Of a stretch of 64,000 bases of DNA, positions 11,901 through 25,595 are shown one piece after another. The stretch is taken from positions 85,994,001-86,058,000 of the forward strand of contig NC_043002.1 in assembly GCF_006345805.1 (NCBI RefSeq), read 5' to 3'. This stretch comes from Octopus sinensis (lineage: Eukaryota). A program made the position numbers and the translations under genes. Each line of letters begins with the position of its first letter. The first letter of the stretch is position 1. The notes under the pieces were generated by a model. The model worked only from the letters and a program-made list of their open reading frames with translations. It was not told where the DNA came from and made no database searches.

Positions 11901-13839
11901 TCAATTAATGAAGGTTTCATAATGTGATTTTCTAGGCAAATTTTTATATCTTGTTTGACCATAATCTCTAAAGTTAGTGCCAATCTGAATATGTCTCCTA
12001 TCAACAAGACTTCTAAATTGCCTAGTTTTCAATGGATGCTCTATTGGCTGTTTACATATATTAAATTCAAGCATGTGGTTGCTCATTGTTTTATTCCTTT
12101 CCTCAATATAATTTCTGTTATCGTAATCGGAATAATAATAACAATCATCATAATCATCATCGACATCTTCCACATATAATCCTTGATTGAAGTTAACTAA
12201 GCTCTTTGTAAAATTATAGGTTTCCTTTTTTAATGACTCTGCTTTGTATTTGATCTCATTAACGACTGGTCCAATCCTTCGGCCACTACATCTATCATAA
12301 ACTCCCCCATTGTAAGCATAATCTGATTCAGACTCATCAGTCTCATTACCCGCAGATGTCTCACTGTCGTCATATTTGTAATGCTTGGAATCTAGAGACA
12401 TTTCTGATGATATACTATAATCTTTAACCATTACATCATCAGAGACATCAGCAAATCTTATACTTCTAGAATCTGTTGATGCTTCTGAAGACATACTGGA
12501 CTGTTTTATTAATCTTCTCTCATACGAATCCATTGATCTAAAATTCTTGGATTCAGTAGATGTTTCTGAAGAAAAACTAGATTGTAAAGAGAATCTGTTT
12601 TCGGAAATCCCCAAAGACTTTGTATATCTGGATTCTGTGGATGTTTCTGATGACAGACTAGATTCTTTGAGTCTTCCTCTTAGACTTTTAAATGTCTCTG
12701 GTCTGCCTAACCTAGACTCTTTTACATTCCTTTTTATGCCATTATTGGTTTGTGGAGAAACTAATGTAGCTTCTTTTACTTTCCCATTTAAACCTACACT
12801 AGGCTTTTTCAATAAGGTTTTTAGATCACTATCATCAATTTTCTTTTGTTTCGTTTCATTACTTTTATCATAAACATCTGATGGTATTTCTATGATTTCT
12901 TGACTTATTCTAGACAAAATATTATGCTTCTTTTTAGGAAGTTCAAAGCTTCTCTTCCCTCCCATTTGCCAAAATGTAGATATTTTTCCATTCAACATTG
13001 GTAATTTCCTTCCAGAAGGAAGAAGCTTACTTTCCCAACTATTTCCTGAATGAAAAGTTTTACAATCTACTGCTGACTTTATTTCTTTTGAAGTATCCTC
13101 TGTTTGTTTTTTATCTGTCTCCCTGTCATCCTGATTACTGTCCCCTGAATGTGTTGGGGAAATTGTTTTCTCATTAACAGACACCTCCTCTTCTATTTCA
13201 ATAAGAGAATTATTTTTATGACTTTCCAGTAACTTCTGTCGACGCAATGAAGTACTAGTAACAGTATCTTCATAGTGTCCATTTCCTACCTTTGCTTTAG
13301 GCAGTGGCTGTGGAGCAGCTGCTGGCATTGGGGTTGGTGCCTCACTGGTGTTGTTGGTGATAGTGGCAATAGGCGTGCTGGCAGTAATGACATGGCTTGT
13401 GTTTGCTGATACATTTGGTGAGAAATTTGTTGTAGGATTTGTCTTTATGTCATTCAACTTGATATTACTACTACTACGAGTAGTAGTAGTGGTAGTAGTA
13501 ATACTGGTTACAGTACTGTTGTTGTTGTTAGAAGAAGTGCTAATATCTGTTGTTGGTGTTGTGGTAGTGGTTGTTGTTGTTGGTGTTGCAGTTGAATATG
13601 TAGGAGAAACTGCAGCTGACAATGGTGAGGTAGTTGTTACAGGGACCATGCCTTTTTCAGTGTAAATCATCACAGTAGGTTCTGGTCGTGGAGTTCTCTT
13701 CAAAGTAGACTTTCCTTTTGCAGTGATCTCTGCAATTAAATCAGCACTAGAGCTTCCAGTGGAAGCATTTGGAATTGATGCTCTGCTCGGACTGTTCATT
13801 TTAGCTTCGTTGACAGTGAAACCCAGTGAATTTCTGGAA
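11901..13839 (-). CDS. read-through form of WH2 exon: alternative terminal exon with long Ser/Lys/Glu-rich C-terminus
   Basis: Uninterrupted 632-aa ORF in AT-rich DNA, stop at 11901-11903, AATAAA on the minus strand at 11789-11794. Confidence 0.7.
13290..13839 (-). CDS. ESPN: espin/forked-like gene, WH2-domain exon (spliced form)
   Basis: Acceptor tttttatcttttaaag, phase 2, matching the previous exon. ADLIAEITAKGKSTLKRTP is WH2-like (compare espin LLAEIKAGKSLKPT). A phase-0 donor AAG|GTAGGA at 13290/13289 matches the phase-0 exon at 6045. The donor position is inferred. Confidence 0.7.
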
Positions 13840-16800
13840 CTTTAAAAGATAAAAATAATTAACAGTAAAGCAAAAGCACATGAAAACAATGACAAAAAAA
13901 AAACAATGACAAAAAAGAAAAGCAATTCCAAAAAAAACCTTGAAAATATCTAAAGAAATTGTTGTATTAATGTTGTAATAGAAATAAACATGAATAAATG
14001 AAAGAACATGAGGTAAATAACTCTAAAGGAAGCTATAATGAAGTAGTTAACTTTAAAAAAGATAAATATTAATGCTCTAAAATGCAACTTTTGCAGGAAT
14101 TTGTTTCTTCTTATGGAATAGAAGACATCTTGATAACTGTGAGAGAGTTCAAAGGGTAAATAAAAATGTTTTGAGTAAGTGAATAACTCTGATTATATAA
14201 ATCAAACAGAAGAAAATTGATGAAAAGACACTTGCTGTCAGGTGGAAAATTTTTTAAAATCTATTTGAAGTCTTCAAACTGAACTTTACCAACTATAAAT
14301 CTCAAACTTCATCTTTGGCCACAAATTAGTATGTCAAAGACATTGAAATGACAGGAAAAAAAAAGATGTAAAATAAGTAAATAAATAAATAAAACAGTAA
14401 ACACAATTACAAGCCTTTGTTTTTTCATTTTCTTTGAGAAATTTTAATATTATTTATTACCTAAGATTACAGAAATAATAGAGAATAAACATTTCTTTCC
14501 TGGTACCAGCAAAGGAATCAACCACATTTAAAAGTTCAAGAGTTTTTTAAAAAAATAAACACAATAAAAATACAATAATTTTATCCTAGAACAACTAAAT
14601 TTAAATGAAACTGAAGAATAAATAATTATAAACAAATATACTTTTTCTAATTTCATATTCCAACTTTATGAATATATATATACAGTAAGAGAGCCAGCAA
14701 GGAATGGTAAAAGCTATACTTCCACTGACAATGGTTAAGAATCTGGAATTGCTTGACCAGAGAATAATGTTAGTTAACTGTAATATTTTTTGCCTAATTA
14801 CCTAATTTAATCTTAATTATTTGATATTTTCTATTACTGGAATATCAAGGTTCAATTTGAATAAACTAGAAAATGTATGTGGCTCTGAAGAAGGCTGAAG
14901 GTTCTTAACCATAGATGTTCAGATTATACTCAGATTAGAAAATTTGAATGGTGCAAAATATGACATATTTTGCTTTTAGTTTAGTACTAACTTCGGGTTA
15001 CATAATATTTGTTTCTAACATAGGGATTCAAATGTGGAAGGTGGATATAGCCAGTTAAGTCAATCTCAGTACTCAACTGGTACACATTTTATCAACCCCA
15101 AAGGGATGAATAGCAAAGTTGACCACAGCAGGATTTGAACTCAGAGCATTGAGATATGTAATTTAAATACCACAAAATATTTTGTGCCATTCAACTGATT
15201 CTGCCACTATTCTTATATTCTCAACCGTCCATCTTTTCTGTCCACTATTCCTGGGAGGGTTGTTGAAGTGGAATTCTCAGGTACCTCCTCTATAGGGTCC
15301 TATCAGTAGCAACAGTCTTTCCAGCTAGATTCCCAAGTGTCCCCAGCAGAGACTAGTGAGACTATTCTATGGATATTAACAATAATAACACTAACAAAAT
15401 TGGTGTCCAATAACTAATAAGAATTACAATTAATACAATATAAAATAGAAGAAACTAAATATTAAAAAAAATATTTTCTTTTCTAAAACCTAATTATTGA
15501 TAAAACACTTAAAAACCATAATCATTAAACTAATAATAATGATAATAATGCTTTCAATTTTGCCACAAGGGCAGCAATCTGGGAGGAAAGGATGAGTTGA
15601 TTACATCAACCCCAGTCTTCAACTGGTACTTATTTTACTAACCCCGAAAGGATGAAAGGCAAAGTCAACCTTGGCGGAATTTGAACTGAGAACAGTGACA
15701 GGCGAAATACTGGTGAGCGTTTTGCTCGGCATGATAACAATTCTGCCAGCTCACTGCCTAAAGAATAATAATAATAATCATCTTCTACACTTTCAGTTCA
15801 GGAAAACCTAAATAGAATACATCAATACAATCATTCTTACAAGATTAATGTATATTTATGAATAAAAAAAACAATATTTGAATAAGTTTGAAACATACCA
15901 AAGATATTTACCAAGACATATCAAAATTATAAACACATTTCTATGGGTATATAATATGAAAAGATAAAATACCCACGAAGAAAAAAAAACAAAATATACT
16001 GAAAATTACAGGATTAAGCATATTTTTTTTTTTAATTAAGAGTTTCCTCATAAAATTTGTTAAACCAATTTCTATCTAATATTTTCAGAAAAATGTGTAA
16101 TATTGTTTGCAAATTATCCATCACCATCAAATTTTTCCATTTTCCTCACATGACAATTTTTCCATTTTCCCCACATTTTCTTACTATACAAAGTAATACC
16201 ACTAAATTGTAAGAAATATATTTTTTAAAGAATTTCGCACATGGTTTTCCCACATAGTGCTTATTAGAACTTGTCACCCTTCACCCTGGTATAAGTTATC
16301 TAACTATAATTCATAGTTCTTAAATATGTATTAAAAAAAGAAAGAAATGTATGAAAAATGATAGGTGACAAATTAACATTTACTAATGAAGGGGTGAAAT
16401 AATATCAATATTAGCCAATGACCAATATTATTTTCATTTCTTTGGTAAGTATGGAAGACAACTCAAGACATATTTTGGCCTTATTCTGACTTCCTCCAGA
16501 AGATTAGCCTTTACTGTTCTTGTTGAAGTAGCATGATTTAATTTGAAAATATTAAGATGTCAATAATTAAACATTGCAATTTAATATGGCACTTTACCAT
16601 TTCTGCCGCTCTGTCAAACCATAGATATACCAAATATTGATTTTTAACTTGGGTGCAAGTTTGAAGGATGGTATATAGTTGATTATATATATCAACTGAA
16701 GTACTTCATGGACAATTTATTTTATTTACTACAGAAAAAGATAAGGCTCATGTTATTTTTAAGAATTAGAAAGTGTAGTTCATTGACTCTGTATGTTATT

Positions 16801-16913
16801 AGTATATCTGAACATCCCTTGGGATGTTCAGATATATTAATGGAAACTGAGGATCTGATAAATTGATTACAGCAAAAGTGGGTGACATAGCTGTAGTAGG
16901 TTAGCAGGATTAC

Positions 16914-17118
16914 TTAACCCTTTGAACCCGTGAGTACACTTTAGTAGGTAAAAGTGGGTGTTCACACAGTTTTGAGTTTATCGCTGAAAACAACACTGTT
17001 TCTGTTAGTCTGTAAACTGTAAACATAAAACCATGTAGCCAGCTGCTTTTACATCTTCCAGGTGTATAGTCAAATTGAATTATGCCTGGTAAAGTTTACT
17101 TGTGGAGTCAAAGGGTTA
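16914..17118. mobile_element. piggyBac-like MITE
   Basis: Termini ttaaCCCTTTGAacc...ggagTCAAAGGGttag are imperfect TIRs with TTAA-like flanks. Confidence 0.5.
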
Positions 17119-17169
17119 GTGTCACTAAATCTCTGTTTTCAATAGATATGTGTTTATTACACTAAAATT

Positions 17170-17478
17170 TGGCTTAGTGGTTAGGGTATTTAGCTCATGA
17201 TTGTGAGGTCATAAGTTCGATTCCTGGTGGCACATCGTGTCCTTGAGCAAGACACTTTATTTCATGTTACTTCAGTTCACTCAGCTGGCAAAGATGAGTA
17301 GTACTTGTATTTCAAAGGGCCAGCCTTGTCACACTGTGTCATGCTGAATCTCCCTGAGAATGCTAAGGATATGTGTAACTGTGGAATGCTCAGCCACTTG
17401 CATGTTAATTTCATGAGCAGGCTGTCCTGTTGAACAGGTCAACTGAAACCTTCATTGTCATAAGCGATGGAGCGTTAG
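17170..17478 (+). mobile_element. tRNA-derived SINE
   Basis: tggcttagtggttaggg (A box) and agttcgattcc (B box). The body is shared with 61230-61635. Confidence 0.75.
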
Positions 17479-19107
17479 TTAGTTACACTAAAATCTTGGT
17501 GCCACAGGTTCCAACCTTGGGTAATTTTAAGCTGTATTTATATATCATAAGGATATTTTTAGAAGTCAATTTTTCCACATTTTATAAATCATACACTGTT
17601 GCCAAACCCATTGAAAGGAGTAAAGGTCTACTGACTTTAAGTTATCCTAATTGCCCACAAAATCTCTTTTGGTAAAGACTGACCATAATTGGCAACAAAT
17701 AATAGAAAGATGTTTGAACAATGACAAGGTAAAAAAGAATTAAAACATCATAGTTTGCTAATTGGACTATTTTAAGTATTCAGAAGTAGATTTTCTTAGT
17801 AATACTAACTTTGCTTTTAGCTTTTAATTACCCTGAGAGATTTGGTTGGAAGAAAGAAAGTAGGATTGTTTAAAAATTCTACTCATTTATTAATCCTCTT
17901 GCTGCTTAAACCATTTCATGATAGCATTGGGATCAAATTTGAATAAGGAATGGGTGATACTGTTTATTGTGATTACTATTAAATTTTTATTTTTAAAATT
18001 TTGAATCCTATGGTAAGATTCTAGTTTTACTAAACACAAACTCATTTGTCAGATCAGAAAATACTCAGTATAGTTCCTTAGAGAACATCACTCATGACTT
18101 TGCTCAGCTAGGCATACTCCACCAATTATGATACACTGCATGTAATTTATCCAGCATAATAATTTGCTACTATTTGATATGTTTCTAACTATATTGTGTT
18201 GCTGATAGAGAAATGTCTTGTTGATGTCTAAGTGTACAGCAGTGACATTTGCTAACATTTGGTTTCATAAATGCAACATATTAAACAAGATATGTTTGAT
18301 TTGGTATCAGTTATTTTAAGATATTTTTATCTAATTTAACGAAATGCCAGAAAAATGCCAGAAAACTCTTGGAGCCCCAAACACTACAATATGTCTGTTT
18401 CTGCTTTTACCACTTCATTAATTTGATTCAATTTAAGGATATTTTTGTCAACAGTATTATGTTTCTGCTAGAATTTTTCCCAAAGCATAAAAAACAAACA
18501 AAAACATTTAGCATTTTTGAAAATAAAAGAAACTACCTAAGGGAAAATATTTTCTATATCAAGTTATGGATGTGTGGAAGAGAAGTTATGTGATAAAGAG
18601 TTATTTTAAATTAGATTCCACTGGGCAGCAACAACATGGATAAGTACCTTCTATCATAGCCAAAGGTTAACCAAAGTCTTGTGAGTGAAATTGAGTAAGA
18701 GAAAGTATGTAGCACCCAGCAAAAGAGACAATTCCTGTTTAGAAGTGTGAAATAAACTTAATTTCTACTTTAACACCAGGGCTTGACACCTAGTTGCCTT
18801 TAGTAGAGTACACTGTTACAAGAACTCTGGCTAGGTCTTTGGTTCAAAAAAATTTTCCACTCTTCCTTCCACCAGTTACAGAGTTCTGAGTAAGTCATTG
18901 GAAATGTAATTTTGGGGATAAAATAAAATAAAACTAATTTCCTTTGAATTTCTGAGGACATATTCTACCTAGTGTCCTCAACTTGCTTGTTATGGACACT
19001 ACATTTCAGCCATAAAACCCAACGACCTTCCTTAGATACCTGCTGTTTTCAATAATGTTCTTAGAATTTTAAAATGAAATCACAAGAACAGTAGCAAATA
19101 TAACAGG

Positions 19108-19149
19108 CACCTGAGGATGACTGGAAGGTACTACAGCCAAAACATAGTG
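19108..19149 (+). ncRNA. decayed minimal hammerhead motif
   Basis: CAC-CTGAGGA-T-GACTG(10 nt)CAGCC-AAAA-CA-TA-GTG. G12 is replaced by A, consistent with CpG decay. Confidence 0.4.
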
Positions 19150-20298
19150 ACTATAACAACTGATATTAGAACACTAGCCTGAATATGTCAGTGTACAATA
19201 AAAATAATACAACTTTAGTGTTTTACATAATCAATGATATTGAAACTGTGGAAATAAAAACCTGACTATAAGAAAGATACACCAAAACTAATAAATTTAT
19301 TCAAAGAACTTGATGAGACCAGTTCAAATACAAACTGAATAAGATTAGTTCAAATAGAAATTTATTATAATAATTTTAAATTAAACTATATTAGAACAAT
19401 ATTCTTGGCTTGAGTCTAATTTGTTTAGTTACTTAAGTAAGGATCCTACTCTTCACTAGGGTGAAGGAATTAGAAATTAGGTGTTAGTTACATTTCACTA
19501 GAACTTCTGAACTATTCTAAAACTACAACAATCATCATAATTTTCAAACCATATAAGTACAGTTTAGTTCAAGAGTTTATGTGTATTTAATATATATTAT
19601 ATGTGTGTGTGTGTTAAACTAATAATAAATGAAAAGCAAATGAAGACGCTGAAAGCAAAAAGAAAAGAAAAAAGGAAGGGATGTAATTATTGAAGAAATA
19701 AAAGAAGGGTAGGTAATCATTGGGGAAACAAGGAACAATAAGGTAAAAGGAGCCAAATAAAAGCTAAATGTCAACAGCAAAAAATAAAAAATTTATTGCC
19801 ACAATATAAAATTATTGCAAAATAAAGCAAAACAAATGTATTTTCCATTCCAAGCAAACAAATATCACGAGAATATAGCTGACCTAGAAGGTGGTGTGAG
19901 GAATGCCAGCAAAGACCTAAAAAAGGAATTGAAAGCAATTCAAACACTAAAAATTAATATCACTGCAAAAGGAAATGTGATTCTTTTTTTAAATTTTTTT
20001 TTAATCAACAAATTAGAATTCTGATTACATTTTACATCACTGCTAATTGCAGTAAAAGTTTTAAATTCTTATAATAATAGTCTTGTTAAGAAAATCTGAC
20101 AGGAAATAAAAAAAGAAAATCAAAGGTAATAATAAAAGAAAAATAAACAACATAATACTACTGGAGCAATTCTATAGTGTTGTGTTTTTATTTTGGAGGG
20201 AAGAGAACTATATATTAATTTAATTCTATGATATATAAATATCACAAGGCATTATTTTGCCATCTTGTTTCACTATTTGTTAATTTGTGATAAACATT

Positions 20299-20333
<35 letters not shown>

Positions 20334-21892
20334 ATTAAACTTCAACACATTAACAAAAGCTTCATTTTTCACATGAACGATAAATATAACTACTATAAAA
20401 GAACATTAGATTATTTTAAAGAGTTTTTATAGTAAATGAACAATCAAATGAAAATCAAGAGAGAAAATATTGCAAGCAAATTATCTATATATTTATTAAT
20501 TACATCTATTGATTTAACATTTCACAGTTTTAAAACATTAAAGTTTAATTGCCAGTGGCTTATATACACAGGCTCTATAGAAAACAAGGAAAACTAACAG
20601 GATAATGCTTTGATGCATATTCCTAATTAATATTATGATATATATATATATCATAATATTAATTAGAAGTATCAAAGCATATATATTCTAATATGATATA
20701 CATATATTCTAATTAAAAGAAAAATTAATTTATTCTATTTACTAATCAAAATACAATATTAAAAAAAAGTTTAAAATATCAACTAACTTTTAAATGTAAT
20801 ATATCAGCCAAATGAGACTTATGAGGGAAATTAAATTAACCCTTTTGTTATCATGTTTCTGTTGAAATATACTACTTTTATATTTCAATTAATTTTGAAA
20901 ATAATAAAGAATTCAATAAATAAGTTTATTAAAATAATTTTATTATTATTAAGTTGGAATTTAGAACATAAATTAACATAAAATTTTGATGGAAGGATTT
21001 CATCTAGAACACTTTAAACTCATATGGTTTTGTATTTTAGAACCAAGGGTAGTCTTGTTAAGATATAGTAACTGCAAATGATAACATTAAAGTTATAAGC
21101 TTACGTCATAATATGTACATGTATTTTATTTGTCAGGATAAAAATTTTTATGCAATTCAGGTTTTTGGTTCTTGTAGACTTAAATGAAATAATGGAGTAA
21201 GTGTTTAATTCAAATGAAACTATTGCAAATTATATTTTCTCCCATGTGATAGATTAAACCATGTAAACATTTTTTTTTATAAATTTTTTTTTATGATGAA
21301 ATAATTATAAGTTTAAAAAGACAAACTTTTAGTTTGAGAACAAGTCTTTCAACAATGAACTTCCTAGGATAACTGAGTTCTCATGTCATCTTAGCAAAAG
21401 GTCTATGTATTTGTATCCAGAAATGTAAATATCACACTCTATAAGTACAGTCATGGCTATGAAGTTAAGAATTTCACTTCTCAACCATATAGTGTTGGGT
21501 TCAGTCCCACAGTGTGACAACTTGGGCAAGCCCCTTCTATTGTAGCCCCAAGCTGTCCAATGCCTTATGAGTGAATTTAGTAGTCAGAAATACTATTTAG
21601 AAGCTTTTCATACAATATATGCATACATATATACATACATATGTGTGTATACACACAATAATCCTTTCTACTATAGGTCCAAAGCCTGTAATTTTGCAGG
21701 GTCAATGAAATACCAGTTGCATACGGGGGGTGGGGTGATTACATTGTCAATGGTATGCAACTGGTACTTCATTGACCATGAAAGGATGGAAGACAAACAT
21801 TACCTTGATGAAATTTGAACTCAGAATGTAAAGACAGAGGAAATGCTGCTAAGCATTTTGTCCAATGCATTAACAATTCTGCCAATTCGCCT

Positions 21893-21931
<39 letters not shown>

Positions 21932-21933
<2 letters not shown>

Positions 21934-22400
21934 TATTATTATTATTATTATTTATGGGTTTTTCTTCTTCTTTCAAATTTGCTTCCATTTCTTGCCGAAT
22001 GTCTTCCCGACTCCTAGGGCAAAGAAACTCATAGTATACATTGGTAGGCCATTAAACTAAACTCACTAGTTCGTTCATTTTTTTTTTTTTGATAGAAATA
22101 AAGTTAAATTAAAATACATGAGTAGTAATAGTTCTCACATCGACAATGCTCTTCTCAATACGTGTGATGTACCAGTTAAGATAATCTTTTGCATTTCTTG
22201 CAGGGATGGTAAGCCAGGGATCATTCTCATATAATTTTCAGTTCCCTTCTTGATCATTCCTAGTGCTCCTACGATTACTGATATTGTAACCGCCTTGAGA
22301 TGCCACATTTTCTCAATTTCAATGAGCAGGTCTTTATATTTTCTGAGCTTGTCAAATTCTTTCGCCGAGATATTATGATCGCAGGGGATGCTCATGCTTA
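21932..22400 (-). mobile_element. 5'-truncated R4/Dong-clade non-LTR retrotransposon in a (TAA)n site
   Basis: SIPCDHNISAKEFDKLRKYKDLLIEIEKMW...VIVGALG is the C-terminus of a restriction-like endonuclease. The 3' UTR ends in (TAA)n, and (TAA)n also lies on the 5' flank (22404-22426). Confidence 0.8.
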
Positions 22401-22629
22401 TCTTTATTATTATTATTATTATTATTAAAAACAATTTGATTCAGTTCTGAGCAGGTTAATTTTTTTTTTTAAGTTCATAACAGGAACTAGTTTGTTTAGG
22501 CACTTGAACCTAGTGAGCTACAAAACTTGTAAGTTGCATGGAGCTAAATCAAACTGTTTTAAATAATATATGTAACTTCTACTAAATATGCTGAGTGCTT
22601 CTTTCTGTCACTCATCTGTGGCTAGAGTT

Positions 22630-22790
22630 GCAGGCATGGCTGTGTGGTAAGAAGCTTGTTTCTCAACCACATGGTTCCTGACTCAGTTTCACTCTATGGC
22701 ACCTTGGGCAAGTGTCTTCTATTATAGCCTTGGACCAACCAAATCCTTGTGAGTGGATTTGGTAGACAGAAACTGAATGAAACCTGTCGT
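22630..22790 (+). mobile_element. tRNA-derived SINE 5' part (tggctgtgtggtaag family)
   Basis: Matches the 5' half of the copies at 25037 and 48200. Confidence 0.75.
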
Positions 22791-22852
22791 ATATGTAAAT
22801 ATACAAAAGATACATATATATAGCTGAATATATATATATATATATAATAATA

Positions 22853-23096
22853 AATGCGCCCATTTAAAGCCTAGCCAGGCTCATGGGCCCGGTTTCCTGG
22901 TTTCTATGGCATATGTGTTCCCCAGCTGGACGGGACACCAATCCATCGCAGCGTTACTTATTTTTGCCAGCTGAGTCAACTGGAGCAACGTGAAATGAAG
23001 TGTTTTGCTCAAGAACACAACGCGTCGCCAGGTCCAGGAATCGAAACCGCAATCTTAGAATCATGATGCTGACACCCTAACCACTAAGCCACGTGC

Positions 23097-23100
<4 letters not shown>
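22853..23100 (-). mobile_element. tRNA-derived SINE (chimeric head/tail)
   Basis: tRNA head and central domain as in the 42262 copy, tail as in the 8347 copy. Confidence 0.8.
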
Positions 23101-23173
<73 letters not shown>

Positions 23174-24497
23174 ATGTGTGTGTGTATGCATGACTGTTCA
23201 GAGTCTATGCTTTGCAATAGAAAGCAGTGAGTTGTAAATGATATTCCCTGTCAGTGAACCCCACCTAGCTCTGCACTTTTAAAGTAAAAGTGGAATGAAT
23301 AATCTCTTAGTTGAGAAACAAGTGAGCTAACATGAGAAAAGTTATCTGGCTATAAAATAAAGCTTCAATAACATGTATTCATCTAACTCATACCAGCATG
23401 GAAAAAAAGATATAAAATGAATAAACTTAGTTAACATGTTAATATGCTTTCGTCAGGAACTCTTACAAATCAACTAACTCGATATTTTACAAATTTAGTT
23501 TTTGAAATTTCATACCCATAAGATTATTTCCAAACTAAATATTTAAATAATAAAAATGAAAGACATGTTTCCAAATATAAAAAATAATAAAAAAATTCTG
23601 CACTAGTCAAATATTCATATTATAAGAGAGCTTTTTTGGTACTAAATAAAGCACTAAAATACAGGATGAGTATCAAAAAGAACACAAATAGGCAGAGGTA
23701 ATGAGTCATAGCGGCATATTTCAACAGTTTAAAAATATTTGAAATCTAAAAGTAATGTATTTACAAATCATTTGGTTTATAAACATTATGTAATTTAGTA
23801 ATTTATAAATATAAGTGAATACAGGAATAACACTTGAAGTAATAGAGAATTTGGCAAAAACAGACTTAGCACCATTTTTGCTAAACCAGCACACTCCAGA
23901 GTTAGTCCCTATTTGAGGAATGAGGAAGCTGATAGCTAAAATTGGTGGCTTTGTTGGTTTGGGAGCAGCAAGAAGTGTTTCTATACTTGGTATGTAGTGG
24001 TGAGATTGATGGAGTGGATAAGAAAAATTTGGAAGGGATTTTATCAAGTGTTTGCCTTGGATGCAAAGTGGGTAGCATACATGAAAGGTCCGTCCATGGG
24101 CAAACTGCTTATAGAGTCATATAGGTCAAGGGGTTATGTAAGTCTGTAAATTTAGAGAAAATTTTCAGAAGGGATGCAATTGGAGGTGGGAAAGATTGCA
24201 GGCTGAGTCATGCATGAAAGCAGTGTTATCTTAAGGTATGGACACACTGGACTGTCATACGGGGATGCCATGGGTTTAGGAGCCCAATACTGACCTACAC
24301 ATGCTGTGGCTTGTTGTCAATAAATAAATACTATAGGGCCTAGTGCATAATTTGGCCAAGGGGTTATAATGCTGCTAAGATGGCCTAGCATGGAGGCATT
24401 GATTTTTACCTTTTCAGAGGGTAGTATTATAAGAATTGGTGGGGGATGGGGAGGGGAAGAAATTTTCTTTCATTTGTTGTTGGCCTTGTTTGGTGCC

Positions 24498-24810
24498 TGA
24501 ACTACTACAACATAGCTACATGTGAATTGCTGCAGCAGTGTGTGGCTGCATGTGAAATACTGCAGCAACACAACTACATGTGAGCTACCATAGCAACAAC
24601 AGCTGCATGTGAACTAATGTAGCAATATAGCTACATATGAACCACTGCAGTAATACAGTTGCATGTGAACTATGGTTGCAACACACTTACATGTGAATGA
24701 TGGCAATAGCTACATGTAACCTACGGTAGTATCACTGCTACATACAAACTATGGCAGCAATTCTGCGACATGTGAACTACTTAGGTAACACAGCTACATG
24801 TGGACTACTT
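24498..24810. repeat. degenerate ~28-bp minisatellite, ~11 units
   Basis: Recurrent unit approximately gcaacacagctacatgtgaactactgca. Confidence 0.85.
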
Positions 24811-24974
24811 GGCGAATTTTAGGTTACAGACTTTGGTTGTATCTGGAATGAGCAAAGACATTTAAATGAAGATAGTTCCAGTTGTTCCAGCTCTGACTAT
24901 GCAGATTAAAATCAAAGGTATTCCATCAGCAACAATTCTCTTAGCTTCCTTTGGGCAAGAAATCCAAAACCGTA

Positions 24975-25595
24975 TTAACTCTTTTGTTACCATATTTCTG
25001 TTGAGATATTCTGTGTTTCTTTCAATTAATTTTAAGATGTAGGAGTGGCTGTGTGGTAAGTAGCTTGCTTACCAACCACATGGTCCCGGGTTCAGTCCTA
25101 CTGCATGGCACCTTGGGCAAGTGTCTTCTATTATAGCCTCAGGCTGACCAAAGCCTTGTGAGTGGATTTGGTAGACGGAAACTGAAAGAAGCCTGTCATA
25201 TATATGTATGTGTGTGTTTGTGTGTCTGAGTTTGTCCTCCCAACATCGCTTGACAACCGATGCTGGTGTGTTTGCGTCCCCGTAACTTAGCGGTTCAGCA
25301 AAAGAGATTGAAAGAATAAGTACTAGGCTTCCAAAGAATAAGTCCTGGGGTCGATTTGCTCGATTAAAGGTGGTGCTCCAGCATGGCCACAGTCAAATGA
25401 CTGAAACAAGTAAAAGAGTAAAAGAGTATAACAAAGAATTTCGTGAAAATAACTTAGTTATCATTAAGCTAGTGCTAGGAACATAAATTGTGACTATGGT
25501 TTGGTGGAAGATTTTAATTCAAAACTTTTGCAAACAAAACATTTGTACTACAGAGCCAGGGGCAGTTTCAGGCAGGTTGATATCAAAAGGGTTAA
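24975..25595. mobile_element. TTAA-flanked MITE interrupted by a SINE
   Basis: Ends ttaactcttttgttacca...tgatatcaaaagggttaa. A related 5' fragment lies at ~20836-21060. Confidence 0.65.
25037..25426 (+). mobile_element. full-length tRNA-derived SINE (octopus OR-like)
   Basis: ggagtggctgtgtggtaag...gggttcagtcc head, internal (TG)n, tail aagtaaaagagtaaaagag. Near-identical to 48200-48603. Confidence 0.85.

Noticed and set aside
12547-13665. Plus-strand ORFs (108 aa, 105 aa), and likewise those at 33175-34187
   Set aside because: Antisense shadows of the minus-strand exons.
23800-24450. Possible degraded LINE RT remnant (also 25960-26700 and 28690-29560)
   Set aside because: Composition is suggestive, but I could read no diagnostic motif.
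24498-24810. CRISPR-like periodicity
   Set aside because: There are no unique spacers, the units are contiguous and degenerate, and the context is eukaryotic with no cas genes.
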